Part shown: positions 1 through 5,747 of the stretch, one piece after another
Numbering within the stretch: position 1 is the first letter of the stretch
Layout: the number at the start of each line of letters is the position of its first letter
Virus record (IMG/VR): IMGVR_UViG_2576861133_000018
Direction: 5' to 3' (one strand)
DNA from: a virus
Taxonomy: Duplodnaviria > Heunggongvirae > Uroviricota > Caudoviricetes
Length of the DNA stretch: 5,747 nucleotides
Translations under genes and position numbers: made by a program
The notes under the pieces: generated by a model
Databases searched by the model: none
Seen by the model: the letters and a program-made list of their open reading frames with translations, nothing else
What the model was told of the DNA's origin: nothing

Positions 1-15
1 CTCGGTTTACGAGAA
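1..15. other. Partial invertase crossover site (pix/gix-like), left boundary of the invertible segment, cut by the window edge
   Basis: ctcggtttacgagaa matches positions 12-26 of the reverse complement of the site at 3323-3348 (ttatctaaaacc tc ggtttacaggaa) except for an AG to GA swap. Only the core and one half-site are visible. Confidence 0.5.
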
Positions 16-948
16 CTCGGCACAAGCGGGGAGAAAATACCGTTACTCAGTACAGCGAATACCTGGACTAATCGACAAACATTCAGCGGTGGCCTTTCTG
101 GTGAACTATCCGGCAATGCTTCTACAGCTGCAAAATTAAAAACTGCCAGGAAAATAAGCAATGTGGCTTTTGATGGTTCCTCCGATATCACATTAAAAGC
201 AAGTCATGTTGGTGCGTTTGCCTTAGGGAAAACAGGAAGCACCGTTGCGAATGATAAAGCAGTTGGATGGAACTGGAGTAGCGGAGCCTATAACGCAACT
301 ATTAGTGGTGCATCAACGTTAATTATTCATTTTTATATGGGAGAAGGAAGTTGTCCTGCAGCTCAGTTTCGGATTAATTATAAAAATGGCGGTATTTTTT
401 ATCGTTCAGCCCGTGATGGTTATGGTTTTGAAGCCGACTGGTCCGAATTTTACACCACCACCAGAAAGCCTTCAGCAGGAGATGTTGGTGCACTGCCGTT
501 ATCTGGTGGTCAACTGAATGGTGCACTGGGTATCGGAACATCCAGTGCTCTTGGCGGTAATTCGATTGTATTGGGTGATAATGACACGGGCTTTAAACAA
601 AATGGCGATGGTAATCTGGATGTTTATGCTAATAACGTCCATGTTATGCGCTTTGTCTCCGGAAGCATTCAAAGTAATAAAACCATAAATATTACAGGGC
701 GTGTTAACCCCTCGGATTACGGTAACTTTGATTCCCGTTATGTGAAAGATGTTCGACTTGGTTCACAGCAATATTATGGAGTGAACAACTGGCAAACATG
801 GAATTTCCAGTGCCCTTCAGGTCATGTATTGTCTGGTATTAATGTTCAGGATACAGGGTCTAACTCTGCCGATAATATAGCGGGCGTTTATTACAGACCC
901 GTTCAAAAGTATATAAATGGCACCTGGTATAATGTAGCGAGCGTTTAA
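1..948 (+). CDS. Phage tail-fibre protein, C-terminal variable domain (5' end lies upstream of the window)
   Basis: Frame 1 is open from nt 1 to TAA at 946-948; the ORF track reports only the GTG-bounded part 163-948. Gly/Asn/Ser-rich. Shares motif [22 protein letters not shown] with the minus-strand paralogue (ALGGNSITLGDNDTGIKQGGDG) and a similar C-terminal tip ([14 protein letters not shown] vs RPLQKYISGNWYNV). Starts LGLRE, encoded by the partial crossover site at 1-15. A tfa gene follows 1 nt after the stop. Confidence 0.8.
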   Translation, partial: LGLRELGTSGEKIPLLSTANTWTNRQTFSGGLSGELSGNASTAAKLKTARKISNVAFDGSSDITLKASHVGAFALGKTGSTVANDKAVGWNWSSGAYNATISGASTLIIHFYMGEGSCPAAQFRINYKNGGIFYRSARDGYGFEADWSEFYTTTRKPSAGDVGALPLSGGQLNGALGIGTSSALGGNSIVLGDNDTGFKQNGDGNLDVYANNVHVMRFVSGSIQSNKTINITGRVNPSDYGNFDSRYVKDVRLGSQQYYGVNNWQTWNFQCPSGHVLSGINVQDTGSNSADNIAGVYYRPVQKYINGTWYNVASV

Positions 949-949
949 T

Positions 950-1483
950 ATGATGCACTTAAAGAACATAAAAGCGGGTAATGCTAAAACACTGGAACAG
1001 TATGAGTTAACAAAGAAACACGGAGTTATCTGGCTTTACTCTGAGGACGGAAAAAACTGGTATGAGGAAGTGAAAAACTTTCAGCCAGACACCATAAAGA
1101 TTGTTTACGATGAAAATAATATTATTGTTGCCATAACCAAAGATGCCTCCACACTTAACCCTGAAGGTTATAGCGTCGTTGAGATTCCTGATATTACCGC
1201 CAACCGGCGTGCTGACGACTCAGGTAAATGGATGTTTAAAGATGGCGCAGTCATTAAACGTGTATATACCGAAGAAGAGTTGCGCCTACAGACGGAAAAC
1301 CAGAAAAAAATATTATTACAGCAGGCCAGAGAAAAAACGCAGTTCTGGCAAACACAGCTTACTTTGGGGATTATCACTGATTCAGACAGACAGCAACTGA
1401 TGAACTGGATGCGATACGTGCAACAGGTTGAGACAACTGATACCTCGGTTCTTCCTGTAACATTCCCGGAACCACCAGAATAA
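950..1483 (+). CDS. tfa: Tail-fibre assembly protein (Tfa chaperone)
   Basis: 177-aa ORF starting 1 nt after the tail-fibre stop. N-terminus [11 protein letters not shown]...[16 protein letters not shown] is nearly identical in pattern to the convergent paralogue at 1514-2041, with a divergent C-terminal half, as expected for Tfa/U-type chaperones. Start may be the second ATG at 953. Confidence 0.85.
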   Translation: MMHLKNIKAGNAKTLEQYELTKKHGVIWLYSEDGKNWYEEVKNFQPDTIKIVYDENNIIVAITKDASTLNPEGYSVVEIPDITANRRADDSGKWMFKDGAVIKRVYTEEELRLQTENQKKILLQQAREKTQFWQTQLTLGIITDSDRQQLMNWMRYVQQVETTDTSVLPVTFPEPPE

Positions 1484-1484
1484 G

Positions 1485-1510
1485 AAAAGGCCCGTACGGG
1501 CCTTAATTTG
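1485..1510. terminator. Bidirectional intrinsic terminator between the convergent tfa genes
   Basis: Perfect palindrome ggcccgtacgggcc at 1489-1502, flanked by aaaa (1485-1488) and ttaatttg (1503-1510). It sits in the 30-nt gap between the stop codons of the two tfa genes. Confidence 0.6.
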
Positions 1511-1513
1511 TTG

Positions 1514-2041
1514 TTATTCTGGTTTCTGTGGCCATTCAGGCTTTGCAGTATCCACACGGCTGACCATAACGCTGTAGCGTTCCCATGATTCCAGTCGTGT
1601 GCGTTCCTCATCAGTTGCCATATTCAGTCTGACAGCACGTTCCAGCGGTTGAATCACAGACTCCGCTTCGGAAAGCAAAGCGGCTTTTTGTAACTCTGCC
1701 TGCTGTTGCAGTTCCTGTTTTGTATATTCCCGCTTTACTACTTTACCATCCAGAAACTTCCAGTTTCCCGAGATATCGGCGCGACGGTTGGCTGTTATAT
1801 TCGGTAACTCAACAACACTTAACCCGTCAGGGTTAAGTGTTGATACGTCTTTCTCAATACAACGAATAATCCCCTTCTGGTCATAAGCTATTTTTAAAGT
1901 ATCATCCTGAAAGTTTTTTAATTCGTCATACCAGTTTTTACCGTCTTCTGTATATAGCCAGATAACGCCAGCTTTTTTCGTAAGCTGATACTGCTCAATG
2001 GTTTTGGGGTTTCCGGCGGTAATATTTTTCAGATGTTGCAT
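1514..2041 (-). CDS. tfa: Tail-fibre assembly protein (Tfa chaperone), alternate copy
   Basis: 175-aa [43 protein letters not shown]..., paralogous to 950-1483. It lies immediately downstream of the minus-strand tail-fibre gene; start ATG 2039-2041 is 15 nt after that gene's stop. Confidence 0.85.
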   Translation of the reverse strand: MQHLKNITAGNPKTIEQYQLTKKAGVIWLYTEDGKNWYDELKNFQDDTLKIAYDQKGIIRCIEKDVSTLNPDGLSVVELPNITANRRADISGNWKFLDGKVVKREYTKQELQQQAELQKAALLSEAESVIQPLERAVRLNMATDEERTRLESWERYSVMVSRVDTAKPEWPQKPE

Positions 2042-2056
2042 ATATTCTCCTGATGG

Positions 2057-3338
2057 CTATGCCTGTTCAACGTTATACCAGTTACCAGAAATGTATTTTT
2101 GTAGTGGTCGTGACACCATCCAGTCATCTCCATCAACCTCACCAATAATTTGCAATCCTGTTGTCACATGACCATTACCTGGTTCGCAAAGTCCTCCGCG
2201 ATATAATGTGTCAGAACGTCTGCCTCCCAGACGCACATTTCTGATAAAAGAACTATTCAGGTAATCATTTAAGTTTGACCCCCAGCACCCACCAAATATA
2301 TTTCCATCGGTGTTATAACGGACGCCACCCGCAATAAGAGCACCCGGTGAAATAAAGGATTTATCGTTCGGGTTAAACTGCCATAAAGCATCATTACCGC
2401 CATCGCCACGCATATGAATACATGGAACCGGAAATCCATACTGTTCTGTCAGTAAATACCCAAAGCTGACCGCGCCGGGATAGCCCTGTCCATTGCGAAT
2501 GGACAAGCCCTTAACTATCGGCACGTAAAGACCACCAGGAGTGGGATTCCAGGCAAACTGCGTCTGAACAAAAGGCGCGGTGGCATTATTCAACTGGTCT
2601 GCAAATGCGCCACTTCCATCAGGAATTATTCCCTGATGAATATATGCAACCCGCTTATAAAAATCAGCAGATGCGGGTTGAAGCCCAAATGCCAGTTGTC
2701 CATTTGAATAGAATAAAAGGACACCGTCGCCGCCCTGTTTAATACCAGTGTCGTTATCTCCGAGAGTAATGGAATTACCGCCCAGTGCGTTATCTGTACC
2801 AAGCGCCAGCCCACCATCAATTTTGGCCCCGTGGCTGACAGATATAGCACCTGTTCTCAGATTTATAGCGAATGGCCTTAATGGGCCGATATCACCGTTT
2901 TCGCCTTGTCCTTCAGCCGTCGGAATGAAATGAAGAAAATCTTCTGAACGACGGAAAATAAGACCGAAGGCATCATTGAAAATTCGCAGCGCATTCACCG
3001 TGCCAATTTTCAGTTCTCCGGTCATTTTATCGCCGGAACGCTGAACGGCGTTACCAGCCTTGTTTACCGTTTCCTGTAAACCGAGGTAGACAGATATAGC
3101 ACCTGTTCTCAGATTTATAGCGAATGGCCTTAATGGGCCGATATCACCGTTTTCGCCTTGTCCTTCAGCCGTCGGAATGAAATGAAGAAAATCTTCTGAA
3201 CGACGGAAAATAAGACCGAAGGCATCATTGAAAATTCGCAGCGCATTCACCGTGCCAATTTTCAGTTCTCCGGTCATTTTATCGCCGGAACGCTGAACGG
3301 CGTTACCAGCCTTGTTTACCGTTTCCTGTAAACCGAGG
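2057..3338 (-). CDS. Alternate tail-fibre C-terminal variable domain (no own start; would be fused to the constant N-terminal part only after inversion); contains an in-frame 84-aa tandem duplication
   Basis: Frame is open from the crossover site down to the stop at 2057; the ORF track starts at Met 3277. Immediately upstream in frame is NLGLQETVNK, encoded by the crossover site, preceded by TAA. Shares the Gly-rich motif and C-terminal tip with the + strand tail fibre. The 5' boundary is approximate. Confidence 0.8.
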
Positions 3339-3340
3339 TT
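2837..3340. repeat. Perfect direct tandem duplication, 2 x 252 bp (copy 1 about 2837-3088, copy 2 about 3089-3340)
   Basis: By eye the two copies are identical over about 250 bp (gacagatatagcacctgttctcag ... gtttcctgtaaaccgagg). The encoded 84 aa (MTGELKIGTVNALRIF ... AVQRSGDK) appears twice in the 2057-3277 ORF. Each copy ends with ttcctgtaaaccgagg, the left half and core of the crossover site. Confidence 0.9.
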
Positions 3341-3348
3341 TTAGATAA
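3323..3348. other. 26-bp invertase crossover site (pix/gix/hix family), right boundary of the invertible segment
   Basis: ttcctgtaaacc ga ggttttagataa has two 12-bp inverted half-sites around a 2-bp core. From memory it differs at one position from the phage Mu gix site (TTCCTGTAAACCGAGGTTTTGGATAA). It lies just upstream of the invertase gene, the position it occupies in Mu, P1 and e14. Confidence 0.75.
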
Positions 3349-3349
3349 T
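3323..3349 (+). promoter_or_regulatory. Possible invertase promoter overlapping the crossover site
   Basis: -10-like GATAAT at 3344-3349, about 54 nt upstream of the GTG at 3403. In Mu and relatives the invertase promoter overlaps the crossover site. No convincing -35 was identified. Confidence 0.2.
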
Positions 3350-3402
3350 GGCGGTTTCTGGCCTGCATGGCATGATTTGTGCTTTTGGACGGGAGATTCA
3401 GC

Positions 3403-3645
3403 GTGCTGATTGGCTATGTAAGGGTATCAACAAATGACCAGAATACAGATCTGCAACGAAACGCTCTTGTTTGTGCAGGATATGAACAAATATTTGAAGA
3501 TAAATTAAGCGGAACAAGGACAGGCCGACCTGGATTAAAACGTGCTTTAAAGCGCCTTCAAAAAGGTGACGCACTGGTTGTCTGAAAACTGGACTGACTG
3601 GTTCACTGTATGCGGCATCTTGTCGTGCTGGTGGTGGAAGCCTAG
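3403..3645 (+). pseudogene. pin: Decayed Pin/Gin/Cin-family serine DNA invertase (N-terminal fragment only)
   Basis: RBS ggaga at 3392-3396, then GTG 3403 encoding (M)LIGYVRVSTNDQNTDLQRNALVCAGYEQIFEDKLSGTRTGRPGLKRALKRLQKGDALVV, the conserved invertase N-terminus including the catalytic Ser in VRVST. TGA at 3583-3585 sits where family members have Trp (WKLDRLGRS). A second in-frame TGA at 3595-3597 is followed by recognisable homology (HCMRHLVVLVVEA) to TAG at 3643-3645. The C-terminal two-thirds, including the DNA-binding domain, is missing. The ORF track calls 3379-3585. Confidence 0.75.
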
Positions 3646-3729
3646 AAAAAGTATCGGGTGTTACTGAACCGTGTTGATACATCAACTGCACCTGATATTG
3701 AGTGGCCTACGAACCCTGTCAGGGAGTAA
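3646..3729 (+). pseudogene. 3' fragment of a tail-fibre assembly gene, fused in frame to the invertase remnant
   Basis: Encodes [27 protein letters not shown], matching the C-terminus of the ORF at 4509-4778 ([27 protein letters not shown]). No start codon and no N-terminal part. Confidence 0.65.
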
Positions 3730-3780
3730 TCATTGGGATTATGCCGCAGCACGTCTTAAGCAAGAACGTGCTGCGGTTGG
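3646..3780. repeat. Direct repeat copy A (tfa 3' end plus downstream hairpin), about 135 bp, roughly 85-90% identical to copy B
   Basis: Identical blocks cgtgttgatacatcaactgcacctgatattgagtggcct and cctgtcagggagtaatcattgggattatgccgcag are shared with 4694-4829; differences are scattered elsewhere. Confidence 0.8.
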
Positions 3781-3792
3781 ATGCTATTTTTT
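3744..3792 (+). terminator. Hairpin with trailing T-run between the pin/tfa remnant (+) and the convergent methyltransferase gene (-)
   Basis: Perfect 11-bp stem ccgcagcacgt / acgtgctgcgg with an 11-nt loop (3744-3776), followed by ttggatgctatttttt. The T-run is separated from the stem by 8 nt, so not a textbook terminator. Confidence 0.4.
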
Positions 3793-4452
3793 CCCTGAAG
3801 CGGAAAACATTACTACAGTACCTTGAACCTTGGTTTTAACATTCTCGAAATGCTCTGAGAGTATATGTGTTAAGCCTTCTTCGGAATCTTTTGTGTTTGA
3901 AAAGATGCCTTTCTGATTGTAAATGCGCATCAGTTTTTGACCGAAGCTATTGTGCACAACTCCATCGCCAAGAATTGTGGCTCCGTATAGAGTTCCATCG
4001 TCAGTTAAGGCCTGCGCCGCATTGCGTATTACACAGCTTTTTGTAGATATATTTCCAGGCAGGCAGTGAAGAAGGTAAAACATGGAAATGGAATCAAATT
4101 GACCATGTAACGCCGCGGGATAAGGTTCAAAAACATCATGGCTAATTTTATGTTTAATTTTTGATTCCCCAGCCCTTGTAGATGCCGCGTTCAGGCTAGC
4201 TTCGTTCAAATCCATTAAAGATATCAGACTACTCTCAGGTACGTGAGTAAGGTAAAACCCAGTTCCAACACCAATATCCAGATGGTTGTTACCTACATGT
4301 TCCAGAAAGTGTGGAAGAAGGTGTTCCTTTGTAGGACATCCCCATGCAAGCCGATTTGATACTCCCAAAACCCACCAGTCATAAAGCTTTAGGGTAAGTG
4401 GTGTGTAAATTTTAGCCCCATCATCTGTGTTTTTTTTCATTGATTTCACCAT
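3784..4452 (-). CDS. Class I SAM-dependent methyltransferase (Rossmann fold), substrate unknown
   Basis: 222-aa ORF with glycine-rich motif I HLDIGVGTGFYL, an acidic post-I residue (LMDLN) and motifs II/III (FDSISMFYLLHCL, LTDDGTLYGATIL). No DPPY/NPPY/SPPF or PC/ENV DNA-methyltransferase motifs. Start could be ATG 4452 or the in-frame ATG 12 nt downstream; neither has a strong SD. Confidence 0.75.
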   Translation of the reverse strand: MVKSMKKNTDDGAKIYTPLTLKLYDWWVLGVSNRLAWGCPTKEHLLPHFLEHVGNNHLDIGVGTGFYLTHVPESSLISLMDLNEASLNAASTRAGESKIKHKISHDVFEPYPAALHGQFDSISMFYLLHCLPGNISTKSCVIRNAAQALTDDGTLYGATILGDGVVHNSFGQKLMRIYNQKGIFSNTKDSEEGLTHILSEHFENVKTKVQGTVVMFSASGKK

Positions 4453-4471
4453 GTTATAGTTTTATTTGTGA

Positions 4472-4500
4472 ATTAAATCAATTATGGCGATGAATTACAA
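4472..4500 (-). promoter_or_regulatory. Candidate sigma70 promoter for the methyltransferase gene
   Basis: On the minus strand: TTGTAA (plus 4495-4500), 17-nt spacer, TTTAAT (plus 4472-4477), about 20 nt upstream of ATG 4452, in an AT-rich 56-bp divergent intergenic region. Confidence 0.3.
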
Positions 4501-4508
4501 GGGGTTAA

Positions 4509-4778
4509 ATGCTGCCGCAGCATAGCGATATTGAAATAGCCTGGTATGCTTCGATACAGCAGGAGCCGAATGGCTGGAAGACCGTCACCACACAGTTCTA
4601 CATCCAGGAATTCAGTGAGTATATTGCGCCACTGCAGGATGCTGTAGATCTGGAAATCGCAACGGAGGAAGAAAGATCGTTGCTGGAGGCATGGAATAAA
4701 TATCGGGTATTGTTGAATCGTGTTGATACATCAACTGCACCTGATATTGAGTGGCCTGCAAATCCTGTCAGGGAGTAA
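4509..4778 (+). CDS. Truncated tail-fibre assembly protein (C-terminal domain only)
   Basis: 89-aa ORF with RBS aagggg 4 nt before ATG 4509. The C-terminal part ([39 protein letters not shown]) resembles the C-terminus of the Tfa at 1514-2041 ([36 protein letters not shown]). The conserved Tfa N-terminus (MxHLKNI...GVIWLY) is absent. Confidence 0.6.
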   Translation: MLPQHSDIEIAWYASIQQEPNGWKTVTTQFYIQEFSEYIAPLQDAVDLEIATEEERSLLEAWNKYRVLLNRVDTSTAPDIEWPANPVRE

Positions 4779-4829
4779 TCATTGGGATTATGCCGCAGAC
4801 ACGTCGTATGCAGGAACGTGCTGCGGTTA
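4694..4829. repeat. Direct repeat copy B (tfa 3' end plus imperfect hairpin 4793-4826)
   Basis: Partner of 3646-3780; see copy A. The hairpin ccgcagacacgt ... acgtgctgcgg has a one-base bulge. Confidence 0.8.
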
Positions 4830-4892
4830 GTTTGTGAGCTTTCGATAGTGGTTGTTATTTTTGCCCTTATTTGTTCCGGAGGCCATGGTTCA

Positions 4893-5063
4893 ATGGTCCG
4901 TCTGCCCCCTGTGGTGATGTCAGCAAAATCAGCCACTGCGCGAACCACAATAGCCCGGGAAGATGCTGAAGATCACCAGGTAAAGCTGTCAGCGCAGAAA
5001 CTGGAAGAACTGCTCGCATCAATGGTTAAGGATGAGGTTGATCGCAATGATGGGATTTATTGA
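4893..5063 (+). CDS. Hypothetical small protein (56 aa); possibly a pseudogene whose frame continues past an in-frame TGA to 5153
   Basis: ATG 4893 is preceded by ggagg at 4876-4880 (12-nt spacing). Encodes MVRLPPVVMSAKSATARTTIAREDAEDHQVKLSAQKLEELLASMVKDEVDRNDGIY. The ORF-track TTG start at 4782 overlaps the upstream hairpin and is less plausible. The same frame stays open after TGA 5061-5063 for 29 more codons to TAA 5151-5153. No recognisable family. Confidence 0.3.
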   Translation: MVRLPPVVMSAKSATARTTIAREDAEDHQVKLSAQKLEELLASMVKDEVDRNDGIY

Positions 5064-5157
5064 CGTCAGCGAGAGCAGAAGGAAGAACTGAATAACCTGA
5101 ATGATTTACGCTCAATCAGAGCGATGGCGATTAGCGGCAATCACGCTCGATAAAATT

Positions 5158-5184
5158 AACCCCGGTGATCATCCGGGGTTTTGC
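5158..5184. terminator. Intrinsic terminator, probably bidirectional
   Basis: GC stem ccccgg (5160-5165) / ccgggg (5173-5178) with palindromic loop tgatcat, followed by tttt (5179-5182) on the + strand; the minus strand reads stem then ttaatttta. It lies between the end of the + frame at 5153 and the Rha gene stop at 5190. Confidence 0.65.
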
Positions 5185-5189
5185 ATTCA

Positions 5190-5747
5190 TTAAAACCGCA
5201 TCAACCTTTCCACCAATTGTTCTTTACGGGCAACGATCCACCCATGTTGCTCCAGATAAAATTTAAACCGTTCCAGCGTGCATACCATCGCATCGGCGGG
5301 GACTTTTTCTGTGAACTCGACCTGACCGTGTTTATCGAAGTGGATCAGTAATGCGCATCCATTATTTGGGGCGGGGGAGTTTTGTGCTGCAGGAGGACGT
5401 TTGTGGAGTTCTTCTTCCATTGCGTTAAATTTTTCAATGTAAGCTTCTTTTAGTCTGGCTGCTTTTTTGCCAGTAAATCCCATTACGAGGAACATGAAGC
5501 CGTCTTTTGTGATCAGGTAGCATCGTGATTCACGTTCTGCGCCGTTGCCAATTTCGACAGTCTGAACATCGGCCGAAAAGTTGGCTGATGTAAATTCGGG
5601 AGAGCAGTCGAGTGTGTCAATCTTAGCTAAAACGTGTTTATGTTGTTTATCGAAGTAGTCGGCAACAGCTTGAGAGGTGGTAACCAGGCGACCATCTTTG
5701 AAAAAGACTTTTGGTGACTCGTTAGAAAAAGTTATAGCTGTATTCAT
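5190..5747 (-). CDS. Rha-family phage regulatory protein (antirepressor-like)
   Basis: 185-aa ORF whose N-terminal half (FFKDGRLVTTSQAVADYFDKQHKHVLAKIDTL...YLITKDGFMFLVMGFTGKKAARLKEAYIEKFNAMEEEL) matches the pattern of the phage Rha regulatory domain. The start ATG is the last 3 nt of the window, so the true start could lie further upstream. Confidence 0.7.
   Translation of the reverse strand: MNTAITFSNESPKVFFKDGRLVTTSQAVADYFDKQHKHVLAKIDTLDCSPEFTSANFSADVQTVEIGNGAERESRCYLITKDGFMFLVMGFTGKKAARLKEAYIEKFNAMEEELHKRPPAAQNSPAPNNGCALLIHFDKHGQVEFTEKVPADAMVCTLERFKFYLEQHGWIVARKEQLVERLMRF

Noticed and set aside
1143-1400. 85-aa + strand ORF in the six-frame track
   Set aside because: Lies entirely inside the tfa gene (950-1483) in another frame; Arg/Lys-rich low-complexity translation typical of an out-of-frame read.
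1168-1611. 147-aa minus-strand ORF
   Set aside because: Antisense to the + tfa gene and spans the palindromic terminator and the 3' end of the minus tfa gene; Cys/Ser-rich and implausible.
2626-2850. 74-aa minus-strand ORF
   Set aside because: Alternate frame inside the minus-strand tail-fibre gene; no RBS and no independent support.
2748-2933. 61-aa + strand ORF
   Set aside because: Antisense to the tail-fibre variable domain; Pro/Ser-rich antisense artefact.
2837-3340. Possible CRISPR array or satellite repeat
   Set aside because: Only two copies of a 252-bp protein-coding unit with no spacer structure; it is a tandem gene-internal duplication.
3398-3691. 97-aa minus-strand ORF
   Set aside because: Antisense to the invertase remnant, whose + strand frame carries the unmistakable invertase N-terminal motif.
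3784-4452. Restriction-modification system or orphan DNA methyltransferase
   Set aside because: No DPPY/NPPY/SPPF or PC/ENV catalytic motifs and no adjacent endonuclease or specificity gene; DNA methylation is not supported by the sequence, though a search would be needed to exclude it.
3646-4829. Insertion sequence or transposon carrying the methyltransferase
   Set aside because: The flanking repeats are direct copies of coding sequence, not terminal inverted repeats; no transposase gene and no identifiable target-site duplication.
4782-4892. TTG-initiated N-terminal extension of the 93-aa ORF from the track
   Set aside because: The first 37 codons overlap the repeat-B hairpin and encode Cys/Arg/Val-rich sequence; the in-frame ATG at 4893 with an upstream ggagg is a more plausible start.
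4598-4948. 116-aa minus-strand ORF
   Set aside because: Antisense to the truncated tfa ORF and the small + ORF and spans the hairpin at 4793-4826; no recognisable features.
1-5747. Retroelement-based diversification (DGR) of the tail fibre
   Set aside because: No reverse-transcriptase ORF and no template/variable repeat pair with adenine-specific mismatches; the 252-bp copies are identical.

Overview
The window reads as the distal end of a tailed-prophage tail module from an enterobacterial (E. coli-like) genome, organised as a Pin/Gin/Cin-type invertible tail-fibre host-range switch. Two convergent cassettes (tail-fibre variable domain plus tail-fibre assembly chaperone) sit at 1-1483 on the + strand and 1514-3338 on the - strand, sharing a palindromic terminator. 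A 26-bp crossover site lies at 3323-3348, and the window begins inside its inverted partner. The adjacent serine-invertase gene is decayed to about 60 N-terminal codons followed by in-frame stops, and is fused to the 3' end of a tfa gene. Downstream, a minus-strand class I SAM-dependent methyltransferase is flanked by two diverged direct copies of that same tfa 3' end plus hairpin. After it come a truncated tfa ORF with its own RBS, a small ORF interrupted by an in-frame TGA, a strong bidirectional terminator, and a Rha-family regulatory gene. The most unusual structural feature is a perfect 252-bp tandem duplication inside the alternate tail-fibre gene whose junction falls exactly in the crossover site. 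No tRNA, rRNA, CRISPR or transposase was seen. All family assignments rest on motif recognition by eye; no database search was run.
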